Below, piece by piece: positions 12,401-23,600 of a stretch of DNA of 64,000 bases. The position numbers were made by a program, and so were the translations under genes. The DNA comes from Takakia lepidozioides (taxonomy: Eukaryota > Plantae > Bryophyta), in contig CM060732.1 of assembly GCA_030704615.1 (NCBI GenBank), positions 76,880,001 to 76,944,000 of the forward strand, read 5' to 3'. Positions within the stretch are counted from its first letter, which is position 1; every line of letters begins with the position of its first letter. Under the pieces are notes generated by a model. That model saw only the letters and a program-made list of their open reading frames with translations. It was not told where the DNA came from and did no database searches.

Positions 12401-13009
12401 GAGGCTACCAACAAAATACTACGTACTATCTTGGCTAAGATAGTCAATGCAAACAGAACGGATTGGGATACAAAGCTGCTGACAGCTTTGTGGTCATACA
12501 GGACTTCATATAAAGTCACCACTAAGTATACACCATTCCAATTAGTTTATGGTATGGAAGCTTTACTTCCAGTGGAATTCCTGTTACCTACCATGAGAAC
12601 GGAATGGGGAAAGAGAATGGAATTGCAAGATTCAATTAAGGTCAGGAAACATGAATTATACCATGTGGAAGAAGTACGTGCTGATGCAGCTGATAACATG
12701 ACCAGAATTCAGATGAAGAGAAAGAAACAGTTTGATGAAGGCAAGATAAAGACTTTTAAGACGGGAGATTTGGTTCTTTGGTTGCAGAAGAAGGGGAAGA
12801 TTAAAGCTTATAAGCTTAAATCACCATGGAAAGGACCTTATGTCATACAGAAGATGTATGATAACAACACCGTCATGTTACAAACCATTAACAAAGAGAT
12901 GCTGGGAAGAGTCAATGCCAATAAGTTGAAGGGGTACAGTGGTATCCATGACAAACCGTTGCAGCATGATTTGCATGTTGAACGCAAAAGCAGTCAGGGG
13001 TTGCGCTAG
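9440..13009 (+). CDS. pol: Gypsy pol (protease-RT-RNase H-integrase), uninterrupted
   Basis: LIDGGS protease; RT with FLDD; RNase H CDAS...YYAS..EREALA; integrase HHCC, GLDF, SDQG, GQAE and GPY motifs. Confidence 0.93.
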   Translation: MDFDDSMPVIQLRIGSTELTDVLIDGGSGINIMTDQLRKKLGLSNMKPAPFTVTMADQRSVQPLGLIRGVKIQIQKMIFMITVTVLKMDEVMEAYSLLLGRPWLKQARVFHDWNSQLLTVHNGMHEIQITTKKSSRLPATRRPRGVREYDWRGGLDEEQEATLFAAHPEWEQVAEMRLEGLSCLRGICCGVVSATPIEEETSSYPSHFHEEREGEMEILEEPATVSLQDEMVTGWTITADEQVREVNVGTEEEPRMVKVGAELEPEFFEEAKSLFIKYKDVFAWSYEDLKGIPPEICQHKIELEPVSVPIKQARYRMNPNYAQKVGEEIKKLAEATFIYPIEYTTWLSPIVIVPKKNGKLRVCVNYKKLNACTKKDPFPLPFTEAVLDTVAGHEMYSFMDGFSGYNQVQVAEEDQGKTAFITDWGAYAYKVMPFGLCNAPATFQRVISESFHEYLDDFMQVFLDDFSVYSSKNEHLHKLELCLARCRMRGLGLNPEKCTFCVDSGVLLGHIMCKRGLLVDPRKTEAIKASPPPVNVKSLRRILGQTSYYRRFVRRYAQIAAPLSKLLKKDAVFAWTPECQHELTLSVTTTPVLINPHWHVVFHVHCDASGEALGAVLAQNVTGNIDSPVYYASRLMNNAERTYSTTEREALAMIYAVKKFRHYLLGKKFMFYVDHQALIYLVNKPLISGRIARWLIILHEFEFEVVYKPGRLHLVADHLSRLSTGEPATGIDDQLPDASLFAVEVQGSADDWLDWQWPIRYYLVHGQCPPSYGKEQRKRIAIKALPYTMVGSRMYKLGPDGVLKRCLYHHEVKKVLEEVHKGVAGGHFGEETTSRKILHAGYWWPTLFKDVHKYCQSCDECQRLGPLQRSGKMALHPTMPTEPFQKWGLDFVGPINPPAKNTQNRYIITATDYTTKWVEAKALRDNTTKSTARFLYENILTRFGCPLEFISDQGSHFINETIELLTKEFMIVHRKSTTYYPQGNGQAEATNKILRTILAKIVNANRTDWDTKLLTALWSYRTSYKVTTKYTPFQLVYGMEALLPVEFLLPTMRTEWGKRMELQDSIKVRKHELYHVEEVRADAADNMTRIQMKRKKQFDEGKIKTFKTGDLVLWLQKKGKIKAYKLKSPWKGPYVIQKMYDNNTVMLQTINKEMLGRVNANKLKGYSGIHDKPLQHDLHVERKSSQGLR

Positions 13010-13079
13010 TGATACCAACGGAGTATGGAGCACTTGTCGCTAGGCCGAGCATATATGACCAAGGCGGGCAGAACAAGCG

Positions 13080-13330
13080 CGACACAACCTATCACAGCCC
13101 ATCACGGCGCGACACAGCCTATCACAGCCCATCACGGCGTGACACAGCCTATCACAGCCCATCAAGGCGCGACACAGCATATCACAGCCTAGCACGGCGC
13201 AACACAGCCTATCACAGCCCAGCACGGCGCAATACAGCCTATCACACATCACAGCCTATCACAGCTTACCACAGTGCAACACAGCCTATCACAGCGTACC
13301 ACAGTATGACACAGCCTGTCACAGCTCAAC
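13080..13330 (+). repeat. Minisatellite downstream of pol (30/20-bp units built from 10-bp CACAGCCYAT)
   Basis: CACAGCCTATCACAGCCCATCACGGCGCGA repeated; counterpart in copy D at ~40320-40600. Confidence 0.85.
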
Positions 13331-13833
13331 AGAGTCTACTAGGGTTACACAATCCATAGAATCAGTGACATGTGGACGCATGATAACTTCAGGGAAATGG
13401 CCGGCGGAAGAAAGGACGGAAGCCAGTTTAGAAAGAGACACGTGGAAGTCAGGGCGCGACATACAGCTGAGAAGGAAGTGCAAGAACAGGTGTCATCAAG
13501 AAAGAGGACAAGAATGGCCGTCAAAGTACCTACTTAGCACGTCAATTCGGATGAATGGCGGGTCCATTAATGAATACGGAAAAAGGGCAACGGAACAAAC
13601 GGCAAGTACAGAAAAGCAAAATTCTTGTCACATGTGTTATCCTAGTGGACAGTCCAGCAGGGAAAGTCCACTAAAGAAAATTAAATCTAAAATCCAGTCA
13701 CAGCGGTTACAGCCAATCGAAAAGCCAGAAAAAAGATCAAGAAATTGGAGGGAATTTAAGCGCAAGAGTCGGCGTCGTTCTAAGTAACGGGCGTCTCGAC
13801 AGGACAAACCATCAATGTTATAGCTTTGAAGCT

Positions 13834-15658
13834 ATGGAGGAACTAACAGACTATACGCTCGCAATAATACTTACGCAGTGGCATAGGGACGGAAGAACAG
13901 AGCGGATTTTTTCTCTTAATCGATGCTTGCAAGCCCCGCAGGCTTACAAAAAATTACCCATAGCTTTTTGTGGCAACCATACGTTTATGCTTTATGCCCT
14001 GCAGGCATTTCTTCAATTGTTGCAACCAAAACCTTTCTGTGGGTCTAGAATGAAGAGAGTGAGAGGAATGGAATAAATCAGGGTGAAGAGCATCACAATC
14101 CTGCAGAAACAAACGATTGCTACTCCACAGGCAGTACAGTTACTGAAGGAGCTGCGATTAGAAGGATTGCAAAGCAAAGATTGGACATTGCACCATAGGC
14201 AGTACATGTTACAATTCTTGCAGAACTTTGAGCCTAGGACAGGAGCAACAATGGTGAAGGGAGTTGAATTAGAAATTACTCCCCTATACCTACAGCAATT
14301 GTTTGAATTGCCATCAGGACAGGTGCATGTGAAGGAGCACAGGGCAAGACTGCAAATAGGGGACTTATTCCAAGAAGGGAGTTTCTTTAAAACTCAGGGT
14401 TATGCTTGTACCAAGGCCGTGTACCCAGGGCTAAGGGAGGTAGGCTAGGTATTGAACGTTCTGTTTGCCATGAAACAGAACCAACAGTATTTGAGCAGAT
14501 CCTTCACAGAGGAAATACTCAAAGCCCTGAGAGGAGAAGAGGTAGCATGGGCGGACATAATGTACAATGCACTGGTAGAGGAGATGAAAAGATTACAGGG
14601 CACTGCCGCAAAGTCTCCTATCATAGTGTCTGGGCCAATCATTGCTCAAATAATTCTTGATTCTTGCATACTTGATGCTCGGGAAAGAAAGGAGATGAGA
14701 GTGTTTGAGACTGAAACCACTGCAATAGAAGAGCAAGGCTCTTCACACAGTGAGGGTGGACTGGCAGGGCAACCCCAGACTAAGAGACAGAGGCGGGGAA
14801 AGACTATAGTGGCGGATCCACGGGCTTCACGAAAACCGCATGATAATGTTTCCCAAGCTCTTGTGCAGGAAGGGGCACAGCAGCACAAAGAGCTGCTATT
14901 ATTGGAAGCAGGGCCTTCAGAGAGGGAAGAGGAAGTTACTTCAGTATCACAGCCATCACAGCCAGATGATCGGCTTGTCACAGAGTTACCACAAGTTGTC
15001 CATGCAGTTCCACCAGAAATAATTGATTTGGAGAAAGAAGGGTTAGATATTCCCACTACAGAACAGGTGGTGGCAGAAATTGAGAAGGGGGACCTTCTCT
15101 ATGAATATTCTGGTCTAGTCAGGGAAACAGTGATTCCGGAGGTGCAACGGTTGTCCAGGGGAAACCCTGCGGTGCATATAATACACACACCTGTGACGGA
15201 GGTACCACAGGTAGAATGTCAAGACACTGCAGCACCGGTGACGAATGAAGTGGATCAGGAAGAAAATCTGGTGGGGCAATGGCCTGAGTGGTTCGTGAGG
15301 CATCACATTGTTGAGGATCAGGGAGAACAGCAGCAAGCTCACCATGATGACCCTCAACAGGCCATGCTTATGAGTTCCATAAGCAGGACACTTAATTTGT
15401 TGGGCACTTATGTCAATACCCATGTTCCAACTACCCAATTGGCAGCTTTGAGGGATGAACTCAGGAAGGAGTTTGAGGCTCGACTTGCCACTGAGTGTGC
15501 AAACAAGGTCGATGAAGAGGTCACTCTCAAGATGCAGCAAGACTTAGAGAGTACAGAAGCGGCTTTGCAATTGGCCAAGGAACAATTGATTGAGGCAGGC
15601 CTTGCGCAAGATCAGTTGCACGAAGCACTTAAGCAACAGCTATACCAAATGCAGGTGC
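13834..15658 (+). pseudogene. 3' extra ORF of gypsy copy A (plant-transposon/env-like accessory ORF) with in-frame stops
   Basis: ORFs 13834-14076, 14083-14448 and 14452+ share one frame, separated by single stops that are sense codons in copy D (GAA, CAG). Confidence 0.75.
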
Positions 15659-15782
15659 CTATGGGTGTCCCATTGAGTGGGTTACATAGGTTGAATGTGG
15701 ATGGAATGGCAAAGTGAATAACAAGGATGCAAAAAGATGAATGTAATATAATTGTCACTTTCTCCTTCCCGAATGTGGAATG

Positions 15783-16270
15783 TCAAGCAGTCCGACCAGT
15801 GTCCTGCCGTAGGGCCTTGTGCAGCTCGTTGAAACTCAGTGTTGGAGCATGGATGAAGACGTCCACTGCGGATATGCAACTCATGCGCTTCAGAAAAATG
15901 TAATAAAGGTGTTTGCAGGGGACGTATGCTGCATTCTTCGATTCCATAACAAGGAAGTCCTCACAGTTGCAAGCTGGGTACTGTGAAACCGTGATTGTAT
16001 ACACGACACTGCGCGCAGCAGACCCGGCTGTTGACAACTGAAATATGCGCCCCATCCCGGGGTGAGGAACATCCCTGCAACCTTGCACTATGCAGGGCAT
16101 TGCAAGAGCGTTGGCCATCCTGGTGTCGTTCGCCTTTGTTGGTGGCCGCCGTCTTTTCAGTTTTCCCCACCGATGGGTGGGCCAAGCTGCGGGGTCACCC
16201 ACCGGTATGCGGGGCGAAGAGCTTCTCGTGGGAGGAGGATGACGACTGGGAGTTGGATTTCGTGGAACGT
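15783..16270 (-). CDS. SWIM zinc-finger exon homologous to the C-terminus of the MULE transposase
   Basis: PTHRWGK...VPHPGMGRIF...YTITVSQYPACNCEDF...VPCKHLYYIFL...FIHAPTL aligns with PTKRDGK...VPSPGYGRIY...YQVTIGNFPSCTCPDF...VPCKHQYYIYL...FIHQATL. The 5' end is uncertain. Confidence 0.75.
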
Positions 16271-16514
16271 ATTTTAGCTTTCAGATAATTAGGATGGAAG
16301 TACACGTTTACCCAAACACGGGAGTCCATGTTGAAGACGGGATCTCTCGGTACGCTCCGCAGCGAAGTCCTGCAGTGAGAAGAGTGTGTCCTACCTAATA
16401 ACACAAATGATTTTCTGGAGGATTCCGTATCCAACAGGATGGGTGATCAGTGCACGTAAAGATGAAGGTATGTAACGTACGTTACAAAAACGGACGACAA
16501 CAGCAAGTTCACAT

Positions 16515-16978
16515 CGGATATTTGGTGCCTGAATTGTAATGTACAACCACTTGGGCTACAATAAATCAGGCCTTCCCATGAATTTCGGCACCGAAATCTG
16601 GATGAACATCTCTGTCATGTAACAACTTTGGAAGCCAGGGGATGAATTCCGACGACAGAAATAGTAATTTGTTCACCTCATGAAACTGACCAAGCATCCA
16701 ACGGATGGATTTCGGTGCCGAAATTCGGATGAACATCTTCTTCATCAAATTGTTTCTGCACATGAGGGTTGAATTTGGATGCCAAAATACAGATGAATGT
16801 GTTTCTGATTACAGTCGTGATTCACCACGTGTCCGGATATTGGTGCCGACATCCGAATGACAGTAATCCTGAATCGGCAGAATGGATGTATTTCGGCGCC
16901 AAAATTCATTCTTCATCTCCTTTTCCGACCCTAATTCTGCTGCCCTACGGATGGATTTCGGTGCCGAAATTCATCTGA

Positions 16979-17015
<37 letters not shown>

Positions 17016-18410
17016 CTTTGCGACAGATGAACTTCGGCGCCGAATGTCATCCAAGTCCTCCCTTCTAATTTTCCTTTTTCTTCGCGAGCAATGAATTTCG
17101 GCGCCGAAATTCATCCGAAGTCCTCCCGAATTTATTTTTTTCTCCGCGAGCAATGAATTTCGGCGCCGAAATTCATCCGAAGTCCTCCCGAAAATTTTTT
17201 TTTTTCTTCGCCAGCAATGAATTTTGGCGCCGAAATTCATCCGAAGTCCTCCCGATTTTATTTTTTTTCTTCGGGAGCAATGAATTTCGGCGCCGAAATT
17301 CATCCGAAGTCCTCCCGATTTTATTTTTTTTCTTCGCGAGCAATGAATTTCGGCGCCGAAATTCATCCGAAGTCGTCCCGAAATTTTTTTTTTTTCTTCG
17401 CGAGCAATGAATTTCGGCGCAGAAATTCAACCGACTCCATCCCTCCAAATTCTTTTCAGGGTTTGAGCACCGGATTTCGGCGCCGAAATTCATCCAATGC
17501 CCTCCCTCCAATATTTATTTTTCTTTGAAATGGATGAATTTCGGCGCCGAAATTCATCATTACTGTCCGCAATGAGTAACTCTAATATTACATTTTCTAT
17601 GCGACGGATGAATTTCGGCGCCGAAATTCGTCCAAACCGGACACTTACTATTTGCTTCTGGATGATATAATTTTCCGTAAATCGTTGGAAATACCCCGTT
17701 CCGACGAAGATAACAGGAATATTCTGCATTTAATGGAGAAATCGGCATATTGAACCCATTCTGTCAAAATTAATTGTATTTTAGCCGTTTTTTTCATTTG
17801 AAACCGACAGTATCCATTAAGTGGTCTTTTTCGCACGGGACGTTGCCGCACATAAAGTATAATTTCGGCGCCGAAATTATAGTTAAATGTCCAGAAATTG
17901 GCAAGTCCAACAGGCATGGACAGCATCCGTCAGGGGCAATGATGGCGGCAAAGCATAGCATGGTGCCGATTTAGTCTTCGCTCTGGATGAATTTCGGCGC
18001 CGAAATATGGATGATTTCACCTCGTCTACGCGTGGACGGAGATATTCGTAATGAATTTCGGCGCCGAAATATGGATGAAATGTGCCCAAGTGCAGCCGTT
18101 TCCACTGTTCCGGAATTAATTCCGGCTCCGATATCCCACTGACAGGTTTGCTCATGACGAATGAGGACTTGGGAAGCGATGAATTGCGGCGCTGAAATTT
18201 GTAAGTTTGTGTACGAAAGCACTTGAATAGGATGAATTTCGGCGCCGAAATTCATCCGTCCGCTGATGAAACGTACCGACCTGATTGTTGAATGTCATAG
18301 GCAGGGGATTTTCATGGCGGTTGGGTTTCATGATGTGCGGATATTTCATTCAATGTCGGCTGCTCCGGGAACAGCATCCGGTGAACGGAAGGTATTTCGG
18401 TGCCGCAATT
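16515..18410. repeat. Array of ~25 palindromic repeats (GG)ATGAATTTCGGCGCCGAAATTCAT(CC), ~63-bp period
   Basis: Perfect 24-bp palindrome seen directly (e.g. 17091, 17153, 17280, 17343, 17534, 18232), with degenerate copies on both flanks. Confidence 0.9.
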
Positions 18411-19085
18411 CGGATAAACCATCTTGTACTGGTGGCTGGAACTGGCACGCGTCGTGTTCCAGTCGACTTCATCCGTGCGAACGTGTCAGGGGTCACAATC
18501 TCTTCATCACCCATACGGCAGAAAGTGGTGGACGGTGGCAACGCTTCGGGAGACGTGGCTGCTTACACATCTGCTCGTGTAGAGTGGTTGCATGTTCCAC
18601 CGCTTCGCTCTCTCGCTCCTTGCCCTTCTGCAGTGACATTCTCCTGCGTTTCCTCTCCTTATGCGGCATAGTGGTAGCATAGAGTTTGTGGAAGGTCAGG
18701 TGACTCCGGCAAAGAGAAGGAGGACGCGGGATTTTGGGAAGCCGCCGACGACACGACTTAAGCTCCGTCTCATGCATGAAATGTAGACCTCGTTATCCGG
18801 AGACTCGAATCGCCCACCAGTGAGAGATTCGTGCTTTGCGGATGTGAAGCACTCCATACGCAATATTCCTTTTACACCTTTTTTTTTGCGTGCAGTGTCT
18901 CATGTTTTCTTGTTTGTTTGACATGGGAGCTGGGGAGGGATCGCAAGGGGGCGAAGCAACACAGTCAACTTTGGATACTCCTGCCCGGGTGCTGCGCTCG
19001 CAAGGTGGAAGTGCATCGAGGCAGGCGAGTCCTCATTCAACACCTCAGATATCGCCTCAGAAAAGCCCACCTAGAGTTCGGAAGT

Positions 19086-20088
19086 TGTTAGAGGACTGTA
19101 GGGGACTTAAACACTTATACGGGATCTGTAGGGTACCCTTAATTTTTGCACAGACTGAGACAAACAGGAACCTTAGGGGTGACAACAGCGCACTGTAGAG
19201 GGGGGTTACATAGCCCACACAGCCGACACAGCAGTCACAGCCCACACAGCCGTCACAGCCCACACAGTCGTCGTCACAGCCCACACAGCCAGCCCACACA
19301 GCCCACACAGCCCACACAGCCCACACAGCCCCACAGCCACGTCACAGTCGTCACAGCAGACACAGCCCACACAGCCAGTCACAGCCCGGCACAGCCACAC
19401 AGCCAGTCACAGCCCGACACAGCCAAACACAGCCAGTCACCGCTTGACACAGCTGTCACGATAATAGGGAACGAAGAGTAGGACAGGGAACGACTGTGGG
19501 GAACAACACCAGTGAAGGGAACATGTTAGTTCACATACGACGGTTAGAGAGGGAAACGGTTAGAACCGCGGATAGGAGGATAAAGGGAAGAACGGGGAAT
19601 GATGAAGGGATCATTATTATCATTATTCGGGGAGGACTTCGGAGTCAGGCGGGAGCGGAAGTCGGTGAGCACGATGAAGGAGGAAAGAGGATTAGTAGAT
19701 GCTTGTTATATGCAAAGCTGTAGGGATTGTATTGTAGAGAGAATAGAGACACAATGGCTTCGGCCTGATACCTGATAAATCATAATCTGATACTTATACG
19801 ATACAATCACACTGTGTAGAGAGATCTGAGTGAAGCTGTGGATTGAATGGAGGAGTGAAGGAAACCGATAAATTGATGAAGCAAACTGATACTTAATTAT
19901 CAATGGTAAGGTAGCTAAGATGAATGCGGAAAAGGAAACAAATAGGAAACACCCCCATGATACACTAGCTGTAGGTCATGACTGATTGTTCTGCGCGGGC
20001 TGAGTACTTAGAGATTTCCAACTCTTCTATCTTGGAGTTTCCGCCTCGGATAGCGAAGGGATGGGTGAGTAGTAAAAGCCGCGCGACA
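19086..20088 (+). repeat. 5' LTR of copy B (~1.0 kb) with internal ACAGCC simple repeat
   Basis: Starts TGTTAGAGG and ends GCGCGACA; matches LTRs at 32500-33506 and 35092-36043. Confidence 0.92.
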
Positions 20089-20676
20089 TTTGGCGACCAT
20101 ACTGGGGATCTGGGACATGAACAACCAGATGTGACAGGCATCTGGTGGGATCATGGTGGTTGGACCATTAAAGAATTTGAAGTGAATCAAATTCCCTGTG
20201 GAACGAAGGAAGAAAGATTGTCCAAACAATTCTTTCAAAGGTTCTTGGAATTGCCAGACGGATGTAAAGAAAATATTCTTAAACGAGTGCATGATGCTGA
20301 TCCAGAATGGGGTCTGGAGAAAGGAGTGATAAAGATTTATCAGGTAGCCTGTAGAGGAAGAGCACGTTGGTTACCAACATTAGTTTATGTGATAGCGTTG
20401 CTATCCATTAAACGAGTAGAGTTTGAAGGCTGGGAAGAAAGAAAGGTGAATGTTTATACTCATATGCATGAAGAGCTTGTACTGGTAAAGAATTGGATTC
20501 CAAAGGATATTTTGTGGATCAAACTCACACCAAGAACAGCTTTTCAGACTTGTTTGCCATATGGTTATATGGTAACGGAGACTTCAAGTATAGCCAAGGG
20601 TGCATTGAAGCTTGAAAGAAATCCAGGCATATACGAGAGATATTACAGAAGAGAGTTTTGGTTATTGCCACATTAA
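19978..20676 (+). CDS. 5' extra ORF (232 aa, unknown function) upstream of gag
   Basis: Open in copies B and D; a diverged homologue is present in family E. Confidence 0.65.
   Translation: MTDCSARAEYLEISNSSILEFPPRIAKGWVSSKSRATFGDHTGDLGHEQPDVTGIWWDHGGWTIKEFEVNQIPCGTKEERLSKQFFQRFLELPDGCKENILKRVHDADPEWGLEKGVIKIYQVACRGRARWLPTLVYVIALLSIKRVEFEGWEERKVNVYTHMHEELVLVKNWIPKDILWIKLTPRTAFQTCLPYGYMVTETSSIAKGALKLERNPGIYERYYRREFWLLPH
20089..20108 (+). promoter_or_regulatory. Primer binding site, tRNA-Arg type
   Basis: TTTGGCGACCATACTGGGGA directly after the LTR; resembles the Ogre/Tat tRNA-Arg PBS (TGGCGAC...CTGGGGA). Confidence 0.8.
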
Positions 20677-20697
20677 AAGAAATGAAAGACATGGGAC

Positions 20698-23600
20698 ATG
20701 AGTGATGAAAGAGAAGCTAGACGACAAAGATATTCATCAAAAAGAGAAAGCTATCTGAAAGCTAATTATCCATATCTTTGGGAGAGAGGAATAGACATAG
20801 GGGAATCATCTGGACCTCTCACACCATCAAGATCAAAAAGTGCATCACCTATACCGGAAGAACTAGAGTTGGATGCCACTCCTTCTGTTTCTTTGCAAGA
20901 AAGATTAAGGGAATTGGTACAGGAAGAAGATCAATCACGAGGTGAAAGATTTGAGGTACATCCTTGGATAAAAGACTTGACAGAAATCTTTGATAAGAGT
21001 TGGCATGGAACACCAAAAGCAGGAACTCCAGTTTCTGAAGCAGAAGATGAAGAAGGAGATGAGGATGTGGCAGAGCCAACGGAGAGTTCAGACTCTCCAA
21101 CACCATTACAGTTGAGTTACATGAGTGAAGAAGAAACCCAAGGGCAGAACTTGGAGGATGAAAACAGAGAGAAGAAATTAGAAGAGGAAGAATATGAAGA
21201 AGTAGACCCAACAGCTGAGGTTGAGACTACAACCAGGACATCCCAACCCGTTGGACCTGGATCAAGTGGAGCACTTGGATCACAGGCCAACGAAGGTGTC
21301 GGCTCAGGGGGATCAGGCGGGCTGCCTGGATCTGGCTCTGGGGGGACAGGGAGTGTGGGAAGTAGTGCAACTGAAGCTGGGAATACTGTGAATATCGTGG
21401 GGCCAGAAGCAGGGAGTGCTCAAGGGCCACCACTTGGTGGAAGATCCACCACAAAAACAACAGGTCCAGAAGGACCAGCACCAGCAAGGGTGCCAGCACC
21501 TGTCAGTGGGCAGAAGGTAGGGCCACAGATGGCGTTACAACCAACACGGGCAAAACCACCCTTTCCAATATATTCAGGAAAAGGGGATCCCGATGTACAC
21601 ATTAGCCAATTTGAGCACATGTGTATAGTGAACAATGAGAATGGCGATGATGCCAAGATGAGATTGCCTTGTTCACTTATCAAGAAAGCAAGTGAATGGT
21701 ATGCAAGATTCCCTGATAATCATTTCCTAACCTGGAATGGCTTGAATACAGCATTTCGAAATAGGTTCAGGACAAGTAAAACTGAGGATGAAGTGTATGG
21801 AAGTTTACAACAGCTGAAGCAGAAGAAGCATGAAACTGTTGAAGAGTATATGGAGAAGATGGAATTGATGATGAAAAAGCTGGCTGCAGTACCAGCACCC
21901 GGTTTACAGAAGACTTGGTTTGTGAGTGGACTAAGACCAGAGTTGCAGAAGAAAGTGGATATGTTACCCCATAATACAGTGGAGGAGGCATTTGAAACTG
22001 CAAACAGAATTGAGCAATTGGGAATGCTCAGGAGAGAGAAAAAGGAAGATGAGGACTCTGAAGATGAGTCAGATGAAGAAGAAGAGCAAGAACTAAAAAG
22101 AAAGAGTAAGAGAAAGGAAAAGTTGAAGAGGGATAACTATGAGAAAAGATTGGAAGAAATCTTGAAGAAGTATGCCACAGAGGCTGCAACACATTGGAGG
22201 AAGGGTGTATGGTGTGCAAAGTGCCAGAATGAAGGCCATACCACTACAGAATGCCACATGAAGGAGAAACACTGTACTATCTGTAAAATGGATAACCATT
22301 CTACTGAGAATTGTTACTACAACAGAAGGACAGCTGCAAGAGAACCTAGGCAAGTGAGGGTGCATCAGGTGCAGCCCCAGCCAAGAAGAAGCAATGATCA
22401 GGACCACTATGGTAGGTCTGGTGGTTATAACAATGGCATGGAAGGGAGAGGTAATTCAAGAGGGAATTACCAAGGAAATTCCAGAGGCAACTATCAGGGT
22501 AATCCAAGGGGGAATTACCAGCCGGGAATCAGGATTATAGAAATAATCCAAGACCAGACCAAGGGCGAGGACCCAATGGTGAAGAGCTATGTTACTATTG
22601 TAATCAGCCAGGACATCGCAAGGCAGCCTGTTCATTCTGGATAAGACACCAGAATGAGATGAGAGCTCCTGTGAATGAGGGCCCAGTGGTGGCAGCTCAC
22701 ATGGTTAGGCCATGTGTTGTACCAGAAGTAAGTACAATGATAGTAACAAGAAGTAAAGCCAAACTAATACCTCCAGTAGAAGAGGAAGAAGATGAGACTG
22801 GAAGTGGCAATGATATGCCTGAAGATGAAGAGACTTGGAAAGATGAGAAGGAACTGCACAAGGAAGTGGCAGATACTATAAGGGAAATGCAAAAGAGTAC
22901 TGATATTCCTGTGGCAGATTCCTCTGATTCGGATGGAGAAAAAGAGGGGAGTGAGGAAGAAAGGAAAAAAGAAGATGCAGACATGCAAAGTAATGAAGAG
23001 ACTTTGGCTGAAGTAATATGTCAGACCAAAGCAGAAATTACCATTGGACAGCTATTAGCTGTGGCACCTTATTGTAGGCACAGGCTGTATCAGGCAATCA
23101 ATCGAATTGCCCAAGAGACAGGAAACACAGACCTGAACAGCAAGGTGACCAGTTATAATGTGAAGCCGGAAGGGCGAGAACCAGTCATGGACTTTGATGA
23201 TTCTATGCCAGTAATCCAATTGAGAATTGGAAGCACAGAACTAACTGATGTACTGATAGATGGTGGTTCTGGAGTAAATATCATGACAGACCAATTAAGG
23301 AAGAAGCTTGGTCTAAGTAACATGAAACCAGCCCCATTTACAGTAACAATGGCAGATCAAAGAAGTGTACAGCCATTGGGATTAATAAGAGGAGTTAAGA
23401 TACAGATACAGAAAATGATCTTTATGATCACAGTAACTGTATTAAAAATGGATGAAGTCATGGAGGCTTACTCCTTATTATTGGGACGTCCGTGGCTGAA
23501 ACAGGCCAGGGTATTCCATGACTGGAATTCTCAGTTACTAACTGTGCATAATGGGATGCACGAGATACAAATTACCACAAAGAAATCTAGTAGATTACCT

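Larger units (their letters stand above)
9429..15658 (+). mobile_element. Ty3/gypsy copy A, truncated at both ends (pol plus part of the 3' extra ORF)
   Basis: Collinear with copies B and D from the protease onward. Similarity to copy D ends after CAAATGCAGGTGC at ~15658. Confidence 0.93.

Noticed and set aside
15659-15695. Helitron 3' end (small hairpin at the junction)
   Set aside because: The terminus reads CATAG rather than CTRR, the insertion site is not A-T, and there is no RepHel sequence.
16971-17729. ORFs with MNFGAEIH / EFRRRNS repeats
   Set aside because: The same peptides appear on both strands because the DNA is palindromic; poly-T tracts vary without regard to frame.
16515-18410. 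True CRISPR array
   Set aside because: Eukaryotic TE context, no cas genes, degenerate repeats and duplicated central spacers. Kept as a phased palindrome array.
19057-19481. ORFs over the LTR ACAGCC repeat and antisense ORFs over gag/pol
   Set aside because: Low-complexity or shadow frames with no independent support.
22500-22680. Programmed gag-pol frameshift in copy B
   Set aside because: Copy D reads gag to protease in one frame; B has a 1-bp deletion.
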